From contig OY969116.1 of the NCBI GenBank assembly GCA_963698075.1, positions 606,131-670,130 of the forward strand: 64,000 nt of DNA, read 5' to 3'. A program made the translations under genes and the position numbers. The notes below the pieces were generated by a model that did no database searches, was not told the DNA's origin, and saw only the letters and a list, made by a program, of their open reading frames with translations. The stretch is from an uncultured Candidatus Berkelbacteria bacterium. Lineage in GTDB: Bacteria; Patescibacteriota; UBA1384; UBA12157; JAENIV01. Positions 20,083 through 29,206 of this stretch are shown piece by piece (the first letter of the stretch is position 1; each line of letters begins with the position of its first letter).

Positions 20083-20689
20083 TTTCCCCTCCCTTGATAA
20101 AAATTAGTTTTCCATTAATCAGGTCATGAATATAAGTGTCTTCGTTTTTTAATTTTTCTTGAAACTCTTTCTCAAGCAATATATCAACATTAATTTCTCG
20201 CCCAAAGCGTTCGCTGAGTCTATCGATTCGATCGCTAATTTCCTCAAAAACTCTGTTATTCTTCTTGGCAATTACAAAGAGATCAATGTCACTCTCATTA
20301 TCAAGATTCCCCTTTGCGTAAGAGCCATAAATAAATGAAATGAGAATATTTTGATTAGGAATTATACAAGATCCCAGCAATTTAGGTATTCCGACAGTTT
20401 TGACAACAATATCTCGTAAAGAATTGTATATCGGGCTGTCTTTATCTAAAGAATAAAACTTGATATTTCCGACTTTCTCTGATTTGAGTACCCCAGCTTT
20501 TTCAAGATTAATGAGTTCTCGCCTAATATTTCCGATCGACACCTTGAGGATTCTTTCAAGCTCTCGCATATAAAAACGTTCCTTTGAACTAAGCATAAAC
20601 TGGACTAATAATTTAACTCGAGTTCGCGAGCGGAAAAAATTTAGTGGATTGGCTTTTTGTTCGTCTTGTTCCATAGCGTTGTAGTCCAT
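20042..20689 (-). CDS. wHTH plus minimal nucleotidyltransferase (MNT antitoxin)
   Basis: YMRELER...IRRELINLE HTH; IYGSYAKG...SDIDLF catalytic motif. Confidence 0.85.
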   Translation of the reverse strand: MDYNAMEQDEQKANPLNFFRSRTRVKLLVQFMLSSKERFYMRELERILKVSIGNIRRELINLEKAGVLKSEKVGNIKFYSLDKDSPIYNSLRDIVVKTVGIPKLLGSCIIPNQNILISFIYGSYAKGNLDNESDIDLFVIAKKNNRVFEEISDRIDRLSERFGREINVDILLEKEFQEKLKNEDTYIHDLINGKLIFIKGGENELRLFETKKTAS

Positions 20690-20722
20690 TCTGACTACAA
20701 TTGTAGTCCATTTTGACTACAA
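20679..20722. repeat. Two tandem 22-bp palindromes (probable operator)
   Basis: TTGTAGTC-cattct-GACTACAA followed directly by TTGTAGTC-catttt-GACTACAA. Confidence 0.8.
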
Positions 20723-20789
20723 AATGCAATATTTCATTTAACCGCTTTCTTCAACTCCTCCACTTTATCCGTCTTCTCCCACGGCAAGT

Positions 20790-21530
20790 CTAAAAATTAC
20801 TCCATAGCGCCTCAAAAACTCTTCTTTCCGTTTCTGCGATATCTTGGGATTCGATAATGACGGTTGAAAGTTCTCTTTCGGAGGTAAAATAAGCCACTTT
20901 GTCGTGATAAATCAATTTATTTGCACTTACTTTAAAATCTGGGGGGAGAAATTTGATCTCTCTTAGTTCTTCTTTAGCGGTCTCCTTTAGGGTTTCGGAA
21001 AACTCATCTTTTAATACTAACTGGCGAAATTTAATCTTGCGCCTGATTCTGATAGGAATATATTTCTTTAAGATATATTTTTCGGAAATAACCTGATTTA
21101 AGATACTAACATCGCCAAAGTACAATACCTCGTGATTTGTACCCTCCAAACTCTCTTCAACGGCTTTCAGATAGCCCTCTTGACCCTTATAAAATCGCGT
21201 TGATGGCTCAAAAACTGCTTTTTTCTCAATGGCCTTGAGCTCTGGCAAAATATCTTTAATTTTGACGCTGATGTTCTCTAGTCTCGACAATAATTCCTCA
21301 GGTTTCCCGAGAGTATAGTGGGTGCCATATTTGGCCTTATATTGGCCCAAAATGCCCCGAAAAACGAGTTTTTCGGCAATAAGATAGATTGTTGTTCTTT
21401 TAATCCCTGTAGATAAGGAGATTTCCCTAACGGTGGCGCTTTTTGACCTCAAAAGAGCCAAATAGATTTTAATCTCATCATCTGTCAGTCCATAATCCGA
21501 CAGGGCTTTTTTGATGCTTATTTCCGCCAT
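20790..21530 (-). CDS. TrmB-family transcriptional regulator (2)
   Basis: YGLTDDEIKIYLALL...GIKRTTIY; FYKGQEG; IYHDKVA; IIESQDIA..R.VFEALW. Confidence 0.9.
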   Translation of the reverse strand: MAEISIKKALSDYGLTDDEIKIYLALLRSKSATVREISLSTGIKRTTIYLIAEKLVFRGILGQYKAKYGTHYTLGKPEELLSRLENISVKIKDILPELKAIEKKAVFEPSTRFYKGQEGYLKAVEESLEGTNHEVLYFGDVSILNQVISEKYILKKYIPIRIRRKIKFRQLVLKDEFSETLKETAKEELREIKFLPPDFKVSANKLIYHDKVAYFTSERELSTVIIESQDIAETERRVFEALWSNF

Positions 21531-21572
21531 TTTTGGTCCCTTATTTTAGACGATATTTCTGACATCTATTTG

Positions 21573-21652
21573 ATTATAAACCAGATTCTTACTTTTGTCA
21601 AGCATAAATTATTGTCATATATATTGACATTATATTCACATTGTGCTATAAT
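21573..21652. promoter_or_regulatory. Back-to-back sigma70 promoters with TGTCA-N7-TGACA palindrome
   Basis: Both promoters TTGACA-17-TATAAT (21601-21573 minus; 21624-21652 plus); palindrome at 21613-21629. Confidence 0.8.
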
Positions 21653-21694
21653 CATGAGTTATGCGAAGAGAACCTTGACAAGGAGAAAAAGGCA

Positions 21695-22132
21695 ATGAAA
21701 CTCGTTCGGCTCGTTCGTTCGAAGCAGACTTTTCCGCTTCGGAAGAGCCCCTACTCAATTAGTGATTGGGTAGGGAGAATAGCGTCGCCGTACATGTCTT
21801 GCCCCGATGGTACCAGTATCGACAAGCTTGTGTTGTGTCCAGAGACTGGTCAGGCCGCGATTCTCGTGTCGTACGATGGTGAAAAATGTGAGTTGACCTA
21901 TGCCGGGAATACGCCAGAGAGAGCCGACCCCGGCCTAATAGCTTCGGCAAGAATGCCAGACGGTACACCTGTAAAAGGAGCGGGATTCTGTTTGCGGGCA
22001 CCTTGTATCATCTGTAGCCGGCCCAAATCCCGAAGTTGGACTTGGGTTTACCTCTGCGTCGAAGACAAAGAAAGGCGCAAGATACCTCTTCCTGTCCTAT
22101 CGTTTCTCGACGCGATCGGTCCTGGCGTGTGA
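21695..22132 (+). CDS. Cys-containing hypothetical protein (paralogue A)
   Basis: ACAAGGAG RBS; CPDG, TYAG.PER, CSR, VY.C. Confidence 0.6.
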   Translation: MKLVRLVRSKQTFPLRKSPYSISDWVGRIASPYMSCPDGTSIDKLVLCPETGQAAILVSYDGEKCELTYAGNTPERADPGLIASARMPDGTPVKGAGFCLRAPCIICSRPKSRSWTWVYLCVEDKERRKIPLPVLSFLDAIGPGV

Positions 22133-22158
22133 AACCACAGGAGAAAAGGAGAAAGACG

Positions 22159-22584
22159 ATGAGAAACGGTACTGTGGTGAAGAAGGATAAGTACACTCTG
22201 AAGAGATGGCTGGACACCATCTACAAGAAAAGCACTTGCCCAGATGGGTCACCAATCACTCAATTTCGTCCCTGTGGTGACCATGGACAGGGATCGCTGG
22301 CCACCATCCTGATCAACGCCTGGTGCACAATCAAAGGGGCGATGGACGACCTTCGAGTAGATGTGACCTACGCCGGTAAGGCGCCTGAAAGAATCACGGA
22401 CGAGACAAGCGAGAGCCTCATCGCTGATTCCGTAATGGGTGTCTTCACGGAATTCAGGATGGACGGTAATAGCATAGTCTGTTCCCGGCAAAGGTTTGGT
22501 AACAACAAACCCATTGCTCATCATGTCTATATGTGTTTGACAAGAGATGAGTGGGAAAGACGCCGGGCGGGCATGAAGAGTTAG
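22159..22584 (+). CDS. Cys-containing hypothetical protein (paralogue B)
   Basis: AAGGAG RBS; same motifs as A; terminator GGGCGCGC-GAAA-GCGCGCCC-TTTT at 22608-22631. Confidence 0.6.
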   Translation: MRNGTVVKKDKYTLKRWLDTIYKKSTCPDGSPITQFRPCGDHGQGSLATILINAWCTIKGAMDDLRVDVTYAGKAPERITDETSESLIADSVMGVFTEFRMDGNSIVCSRQRFGNNKPIAHHVYMCLTRDEWERRRAGMKS

Positions 22585-22727
22585 CAACCTTCCGAACGCC
22601 TACCGTGGGGCGCGCGAAAGCGCGCCCTTTTGTTTTAGCTTATTTCCCAACCGCCTTTTTGAGTTCTCTAATCTATAAATATAATAAAATTCTTGCGGTC
22701 GAAAAGAAATTATTATATCCTTCCTTA

Positions 22728-23915
22728 TTATTTAACAGCGGACTGAAGCTCTTTGACCTTATTATTTTTTTCCCATGGAAGATTAAGGTCCGGTCTCCCA
22801 AAATGTCCGTATGCCGCCACTTGGCGATATAAAGGACGGCGGAGATTGAGTTCTTTGATGATAATCCCCGGTCTTAAATCAAACACCTTTAATATCGCCT
22901 CTTCGATTTTGGATTCATCAACTTTGCCGGTGCCGAAAGTATCCACGCGGACCGACATCGGTTCCGGCCGGCCGATGGCGTAAGCAATCTGAATTTCAAC
23001 GCGGTCGGCAAGTCCGGCGGCAACAACATTCTTCGCCACCCAACGGGCGGCGTAAGAACCCGAGCGGTCAACTTTTGTCGGATCTTTGCCGGAAAAACAG
23101 CCGCCGCCGTGCCGCGCCGTGCCGCCGTAAGTATCAACAATTATTTTTCGTCCCGTTAAACCGGTATCGCCTTGCGGTCCGCCAATCACAAATCGGCCGG
23201 TGGTATTAACAAAATATTTGGTTTTTGCATCTAGATACTTAGCCGGAATCACTTTTTTAATCACCTGCTCAATAATATCTTTTTTCAGTTTTGCCAATTT
23301 GACTTCTGGCTCATGTTGGGCGGCAATGAGAACATTTTCGATCCTCGCTGGCTTATCATCGATATACTCTACCGTCACTTGCGATTTGCCGTCTGGCCGC
23401 AAGCCCTTGATAATTTTTTTCTTCCGGACTTCGGCTAATCGTTGACACAAGCGATGGGCTAAGACAATTGGCATTGGCATTAATTCTGGCGTTTCGCGGC
23501 AGGCAAAGCCAAACATCAAGCCTTGGTCGCCAGCGCCCAAATTTTCCAAATCTTCAGCCACAATTTCACCGGTTTTACCTTTTTCTTTAAATGAATCCAC
23601 CCCGCGGGCAATATCGGACGACTGTTCTTTAATCGCCACCGTCACGCCCGAGGTTTCCCAAGAAAAACCGCAATCACCATCCAAATATCCGATATCCTTG
23701 ATAACACCACGGGCAATTTTGGGAATATCAACATAAGTTTTGGTGGTAATTTCACCAGCAACAAAACAAATGCCGTTGGTGAGCAATGTTTCGCAAGCCA
23801 CCCGGCCGCGCGGATCGTCTTTTAAAATGGCGTCTAAAATGGCATCGGAAATTTGATCCGCCATTTTGTCCGGATGCCCTTCGGTCACTGACTCGGAAGT
23901 AAAAAGTTTTTTCAT
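22728..23915 (-). CDS. metK: S-adenosylmethionine synthetase
   Basis: [51 protein letters not shown]. Confidence 0.98.
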   Translation of the reverse strand: MKKLFTSESVTEGHPDKMADQISDAILDAILKDDPRGRVACETLLTNGICFVAGEITTKTYVDIPKIARGVIKDIGYLDGDCGFSWETSGVTVAIKEQSSDIARGVDSFKEKGKTGEIVAEDLENLGAGDQGLMFGFACRETPELMPMPIVLAHRLCQRLAEVRKKKIIKGLRPDGKSQVTVEYIDDKPARIENVLIAAQHEPEVKLAKLKKDIIEQVIKKVIPAKYLDAKTKYFVNTTGRFVIGGPQGDTGLTGRKIIVDTYGGTARHGGGCFSGKDPTKVDRSGSYAARWVAKNVVAAGLADRVEIQIAYAIGRPEPMSVRVDTFGTGKVDESKIEEAILKVFDLRPGIIIKELNLRRPLYRQVAAYGHFGRPDLNLPWEKNNKVKELQSAVK

Positions 23916-24250
23916 AACCTTAGCTTAAATCATTTTTTACATTTTAATTTAACTTGCCCGAAAGTTCGTTGTCAAGGCCGCTTTTTTGCTCCATAGATTT
24001 GGTGCCTAAACTCGCCAACTATGATATAATAAAAATGTGAATTCTTAGGCGCATTACAATCTGAGATTTGCGTTGAATTTTTGAATATGAAGGAGGGTTT
24101 TTTAAATGCAATTTAAAGTTCCCCAAAACATTGATTTGGAAGGCCCCGCAAAATTCCTTTCTGTTTACAGAATTACATTCTGTCACACAGAAGCGTCATC
24201 TGCGGGGCGAGACTCATTAGCATCGAAAACTATTATCAAGGAGGTAGGCG

Positions 24251-24658
24251 ATGCAGTTTAAGGTGCCCCAGAATATAGATTTGGAAGACAAAATTGTTGG
24301 ACCGCTGACTTTAATCCAGTTTTTGTATGTCCTTGGCGGCGGGGTGATTATCTATTTGCTCTATCTTTCTTTAAATATGCGCTTTCTTTTCTGGGTCCTC
24401 GCCATTCCTATTGGCATTATTGCGGCGTCCTTGGCATTTTTAAAAATCCAAGATCAACCTTTGTCGCATTTTATCAAGGCCGGCTTGATTTATTTAAGCC
24501 AGCCCAAGAAACGCCTCTGGCAACGGGCCGGTCTAGTCAAACCCGTGGTTTTTGCTGTCGCCAAAAAAGAAAAGAAAATCATTGCCCCGCCCAAAAGAAA
24601 AATTGAAAAAAGCGAATTAGAACAATTAGCCCAAATGCTGGACACCCGACGGGTGTAA
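24251..24658 (+). CDS. PrgI-family protein
   Basis: MQFKVPQNIDLEDKIVGPLTLIQF plus two TM, upstream of VirB4. Confidence 0.8.
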   Translation: MQFKVPQNIDLEDKIVGPLTLIQFLYVLGGGVIIYLLYLSLNMRFLFWVLAIPIGIIAASLAFLKIQDQPLSHFIKAGLIYLSQPKKRLWQRAGLVKPVVFAVAKKEKKIIAPPKRKIEKSELEQLAQMLDTRRV

Positions 24659-24689
24659 TTATTAGAAATTTCCTCCACAGGAGGTATAG

Positions 24690-25430
24690 TTGGCTTTATT
24701 TAGTAAAAATAAAGAAATTGGCTCCACCCAGGATGCTTTACGCTTTGCCGAAATCCGCGATGGCACCGTGGTCTTAAAAGATGGCAATTTGCGCAAAATC
24801 CTGCTTTGTTCTTCGATTAATTTTTCACTCAAAAGCGAACAGGAACAAAATGCCATTATTTTTCAATATCAGAATTTTCTTAATTCCTTAGACTTTCCGA
24901 TTCAGATCCTGATGCAGTCCAAAAAATTGGATCTTTCCAATTATTTAGCCAAACTTGAAGGCCGGGCCGACGAACAAACCAATGAACTCTTAAGATTACA
25001 AACCAACGATTACGTTGAATTTATTAAGCGCCTGATCAATCTGGCCAATATTATGGACAAGCGTTTTTATGTTGTCGTGCCTTACTTGGTGCCGCCAAAA
25101 ATGGCCTCACCCAAGATTTCAATGCCAGGTAGTAATGAAGCGCCACCGCCAATTTTAAGTGAGGAGGAATTTAATCAATATTCTAAGGAAATTGACCAGC
25201 GGATCCAAGTAATCCAATCGGGTCTGGGTTCGATTGGCATCCGTTCGGCCCTTCTTTCGACCCAACAAATTATCGAATTGCTTTACGGTGTTTATAATCC
25301 CGAAGAGGCCAACAAACAAAAAATTGCCTCCGCCGAAGAGCTTCAAGGAGAAGTCGTTGAGTCCGAGGTTTTCCGACCAAAAGAAGCGCCAACTACGAGA
25401 AAGGAGGAAGATGCCAGCGCCCCAGCCTAA
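24690..25430 (+). CDS. T4SS-associated protein (VirB4 N-terminal/TraC-like)
   Basis: STQ...EIRDG.VVLKDG, SINFSLKSEQEQ, FLNSLDFPIQI, KRFYVVVPY. Confidence 0.75.
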   Translation: MALFSKNKEIGSTQDALRFAEIRDGTVVLKDGNLRKILLCSSINFSLKSEQEQNAIIFQYQNFLNSLDFPIQILMQSKKLDLSNYLAKLEGRADEQTNELLRLQTNDYVEFIKRLINLANIMDKRFYVVVPYLVPPKMASPKISMPGSNEAPPPILSEEEFNQYSKEIDQRIQVIQSGLGSIGIRSALLSTQQIIELLYGVYNPEEANKQKIASAEELQGEVVESEVFRPKEAPTTRKEEDASAPA

Positions 25431-27303
25431 TCCGGCGCCGCCAGTCAACCAACAACCAGGCAATTTTTGGCAACAACCAGCCAACACCGGCGCTTCAATC
25501 GCCAGTGGGCCGCAAATTCCTGAGTTTTTCCAGGCCGGCATGGCTTCGGTTTTGGACTTAATTGCCCCGGCCGCTTTTAAAATTGAACCCAGTTTTCTCC
25601 AGCTCGGTAACACTTTTGTCCGGAATCTGTTTGTCTTTACCTACCCCCGCTATGTCCAAACCAATTGGCTTTCGCCAATTATCAATTATGATATTACCTT
25701 GGATATTTCGATGTTCATTTATCCCATCGGCACCAAACAGATGATGGGACAGCTCAAGAAAAAGGCCGGACAGTTGGAATCATCTTTAGCTATTGAAAAA
25801 GAAAAGGGCATGGTTCGCAATCCCGAGCTCGAAACCGCGGTCGAAGATATTGAGGGTTTACGTGATGTCTTGCAACGCGGAGAAATGCGCCTTTTCCAAT
25901 ATGCCCTTTATTTTACCATTTATGCCAAATCAATTGACGAGCTTAATACCATCACCGAACAACTCGAATCCACTTTAGGCGGGATGCTCATTTACACCAA
26001 ACAGTCGCTGTTGCAAATGGAGCAGGGATTTAATTCAACTTTGCCTTTGGGCCTTGATGAGTTAAACGTCCGGCGCAATCTCGACACGGCTTCACTTTCG
26101 ACCACCTTTCCCTTCACTTCGGCGACCTTATCTTCCAATGATGGCATTCTTTATGGCCTAAATCGCCACAATAATTCTTTAATTCTTTTCGATCGCTTTG
26201 AGCTGGAAAATGCCAATTCCGTCGTCTTTGCCAAGGCCGGCGCCGGCAAGTCTTACGCCGTCAAACTTGAAGCCTTGCGCTCGCTCATGCTCGGCACTGA
26301 CGTGGTGGTAATTGACCCCGAAAATGAATACCAAGCTCTTTGCGAGGCCGTCGGCGGTTCCTATTTGCGCATGGCTCTGGATTCTGATAAAAGAATCAAT
26401 CCTTTTGATCTGCCGCGACCCGGCCAGCAAGCCACGGCCGGCGCGGCCGGTGAAGATATTTTGCGCTCCAATATCACCATGCTTCATGGTCTTATTTCGC
26501 TGATGCTTAGCGGTCTTTCGCCCGAAGAGGATGCCATTTTAGAAAAGGGTCTTTTTGAAACCTATGCCTTAAAGGATATCACTGCTGACATTGAATCCCA
26601 AAAAAATCAGCCACCGTTACTTAAAGATCTCCAATCTGTCCTACAAAATATGACCGGCGCTGAAACCATGGTTTCCAAACTTTCTAAATATACTGAAGGC
26701 ACTTTTAAGGGGCTTTTTGACCAACCAACGAACTTTGATCTTGGCTCTGGCTTTGTCGTTTTTAGCGTTCGTGATCTTGAGGACCAACTGCGACCAATTG
26801 CGATGTATATGATTTTAAACTATATCTGGCAACGAGTTCGCTTTAACCTCAAGCGCCGAATCATGATCATTGACGAGGCCTGGTGGATGATGCAGCATGA
26901 GGATTCGGCGAAATTTTTATTTTCCCTGGCCAAAAGGGCCCGCAAATACTATTTGGGATTAACAATTATTTCCCAAGACGTCGAGGATTTCCTCGATTCC
27001 AAATATGGCCGGACCGTCGTCAATAACTCTTCCTTGCAGATTCTTTTGAAACAATCAACCTCTTCGATTGATAAAATCGCCCAAACCTTCAATTTGACTG
27101 AGGGTGAAAAATTCTTGCTTTTGGAATGTGAGGTCGGCGAGGGGCTCTTTTTCGCGGGGCTCAATCACGTGGCGATTAAAGTCATTGCTTCCTATACCGA
27201 AGACCAATTAATTACCACTGACCCGCGCGAGCTTCTGGCCAGACAAACTGGTGGCACCACTGAGGCGCCGGGTGCGGAAAATCAACCCGCCGAAGGATTG
27301 TAA
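25411..27303 (+). CDS. virB4: VirB4-like secretion ATPase
   Basis: Walker A AKAGAGKS, IDPENEY, Walker B IIDEAW, ARKYYLG...SQ; AGGAGG before ATG 25411. Confidence 0.88.
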   Translation: MPAPQPNPAPPVNQQPGNFWQQPANTGASIASGPQIPEFFQAGMASVLDLIAPAAFKIEPSFLQLGNTFVRNLFVFTYPRYVQTNWLSPIINYDITLDISMFIYPIGTKQMMGQLKKKAGQLESSLAIEKEKGMVRNPELETAVEDIEGLRDVLQRGEMRLFQYALYFTIYAKSIDELNTITEQLESTLGGMLIYTKQSLLQMEQGFNSTLPLGLDELNVRRNLDTASLSTTFPFTSATLSSNDGILYGLNRHNNSLILFDRFELENANSVVFAKAGAGKSYAVKLEALRSLMLGTDVVVIDPENEYQALCEAVGGSYLRMALDSDKRINPFDLPRPGQQATAGAAGEDILRSNITMLHGLISLMLSGLSPEEDAILEKGLFETYALKDITADIESQKNQPPLLKDLQSVLQNMTGAETMVSKLSKYTEGTFKGLFDQPTNFDLGSGFVVFSVRDLEDQLRPIAMYMILNYIWQRVRFNLKRRIMIIDEAWWMMQHEDSAKFLFSLAKRARKYYLGLTIISQDVEDFLDSKYGRTVVNNSSLQILLKQSTSSIDKIAQTFNLTEGEKFLLLECEVGEGLFFAGLNHVAIKVIASYTEDQLITTDPRELLARQTGGTTEAPGAENQPAEGL

Positions 27304-27314
27304 TTGAGGACTAA

Positions 27315-28559
27315 ATGGCCGAAGAAGAAGATAATGAAGGTTCAACTTTTACCATACCCACCAAAAGCTCGATTTTGAGATTGGGGGCTTTGGTAATTTT
27401 GGCAGTTATCGCCCTTTTTATTATCATCGGTGGCTTCGGAGTAATCGCCTATTTGACTGGTAATATGTTTGGGGGCCAGGGCGGAGGCCAGCTTTCAGGT
27501 TGTACTTCCAGTCAACTATCACAGTCAAGCCTTGATCAAATCCAGGCCAATAAATCTGTTTATCAGGCGGCGGCTGACCGCGCCGATATTCCCTGGGATT
27601 TTTTGGCCGCCATTCACTACCGCGAAACCTCTTTAAGCAGTTCTGATTCTAACCCATTCCAGATTCAAAACAATAAAAATACTGGTTTTTCGGTTGAATC
27701 GGCCACCGAAGCAGCCAATAAAGCTAAGGCTTTAGTTTCCGGCACTTATGATAAGAATCTGACCAAAAATGCTGATGAAGAAACTCTCAAACTGGCTTTC
27801 CTAAGTTACAATCGTGGAGCGATGTATAAACAAAATGGTTGTACCTGGAACCAATCCCCCTACGTCATGAATAATTTTGATGCCTCCCATAAAGACATGA
27901 AGCGGCCCGACAGTGAGTGTGAGCCGCCTGCGACTCGGGGCAAAACTGACGACAAGCTGGGTGCATTTACGGTTTTATCGATTTTGCGCGGCTGTGCCGC
28001 TGGTGGTATCGCTGGTGGTGAGGGCGCTTGCACCTGGTCAAACATTCAAAACGACCCCAAGGGAGCCAATATCGGTTCAGTCGAGGTACCAATTTGGAAA
28101 TACGAAGGCCCCAATCAAAAAACCTCAAGCCAGATGACCCTCAAGGTCAATAACAAATGCGCGACCTCGATCAAGGCGATTTTTACCGACATCTATAACA
28201 GTGCCGATAAACCGCCAATTGACACGGCTAATACCAGTTGTTACCAGCAACGCGACAGCGATTCCCGTCACAATTGGGGAGTTGCCTGTGATATCAGCTT
28301 TAAACAAAACTGGTGTTGGAATTGTTATGCCAAAAAAACTTCTTCGGGCAGCTGCACCGGCGGTAGCCCCATTGGCGACTATTGGAAACCCGGCAATATT
28401 GAGCCTGACCGGACCTATCAAGGTTGGAGCGCGGGCTTAGATAATCGTTCGGCGGCAATCAATGGCTCAATTGCCAATGCCTTCAAAAACCATGGTTGGG
28501 GTCGGGGTATTTACAATTGCTTTAATGACTTTATGCATTTTAGCGTTGATGGTCATTGA
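27315..28559 (+). CDS. Membrane-anchored cell-wall hydrolase (lysozyme-like plus M15-type peptidase)
   Basis: IPWDFLAAIHYRET...NPFQ...SYN; SRHNWGVACD and DFMHFS. Confidence 0.7.
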   Translation: MAEEEDNEGSTFTIPTKSSILRLGALVILAVIALFIIIGGFGVIAYLTGNMFGGQGGGQLSGCTSSQLSQSSLDQIQANKSVYQAAADRADIPWDFLAAIHYRETSLSSSDSNPFQIQNNKNTGFSVESATEAANKAKALVSGTYDKNLTKNADEETLKLAFLSYNRGAMYKQNGCTWNQSPYVMNNFDASHKDMKRPDSECEPPATRGKTDDKLGAFTVLSILRGCAAGGIAGGEGACTWSNIQNDPKGANIGSVEVPIWKYEGPNQKTSSQMTLKVNNKCATSIKAIFTDIYNSADKPPIDTANTSCYQQRDSDSRHNWGVACDISFKQNWCWNCYAKKTSSGSCTGGSPIGDYWKPGNIEPDRTYQGWSAGLDNRSAAINGSIANAFKNHGWGRGIYNCFNDFMHFSVDGH

Positions 28560-28571
28560 GGAAGGAGCGAG

Positions 28572-29162
28572 ATGTTAAATTTCCGCAAAATAGCCTTAAT
28601 TCTAGGGGGGTCACTTTTAGTTGGTGTGGTAATTCTAATCTTAATTAATTATTTTATTTCCGGTACTCTCGAAGTCACCTCCAATCCATCTGGTGCTGCT
28701 ATCACGATCGGCAAGGCAAAATTTAAAGCGCCCGGGAACGCCAAGCTTAAACGCGGCGAATACCAAGTCAGCGCCTTTCTGGAAAACTATCCCCCTCAAA
28801 CAAAAACCGCGACCATCGAAGCCAGGAAAAAAAGTTCCTTATTTTTTGATCTGATTCAGACGGGTTCAACCACGGAAAAGCCCCTAGAATTTTCCGCCGA
28901 TGACCCAGTTTTTGTGACCAAAGAGCATTTTTCAGTCCATTTACCGGCGGCCAGCGACGCGGAAAATTATGACCTCGTGGTCACTCTTTTTGCCACCTTT
29001 AATGCAGGCGTCAATGGCCCACCAATAGAAGAACAGCTCCAGACATACAATGAAGAACTCAAGGCCTACAAAAAAGAAGCCCTGGATTGGCTTAAACAAA
29101 ACAGTGTTGACCCGGCAACTTATCAAGTCAAGTGGATTCCTGAAGAAGCGGCCAGTATTTAA
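28572..29162 (+). CDS. PEGA-domain membrane-anchored protein
   Basis: TM then GTLEVTSNPSGAAITI...GEYQV. Confidence 0.7.
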   Translation: MLNFRKIALILGGSLLVGVVILILINYFISGTLEVTSNPSGAAITIGKAKFKAPGNAKLKRGEYQVSAFLENYPPQTKTATIEARKKSSLFFDLIQTGSTTEKPLEFSADDPVFVTKEHFSVHLPAASDAENYDLVVTLFATFNAGVNGPPIEEQLQTYNEELKAYKKEALDWLKQNSVDPATYQVKWIPEEAASI

Positions 29163-29206
29163 TCACAGTAAAATTTTGTATAATATAATTAGCATCAAGG
29201 AGGGGT

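Noticed and set aside
6959-22631. Islet hairpins as integron attC sites
   Set aside because: No RYYYAAC/GTTRRRY cores and no tyrosine integrase seen
23916-24000. SAM riboswitch upstream of metK
   Set aside because: No SAM-I/II consensus recognisable in the short AT-rich leader
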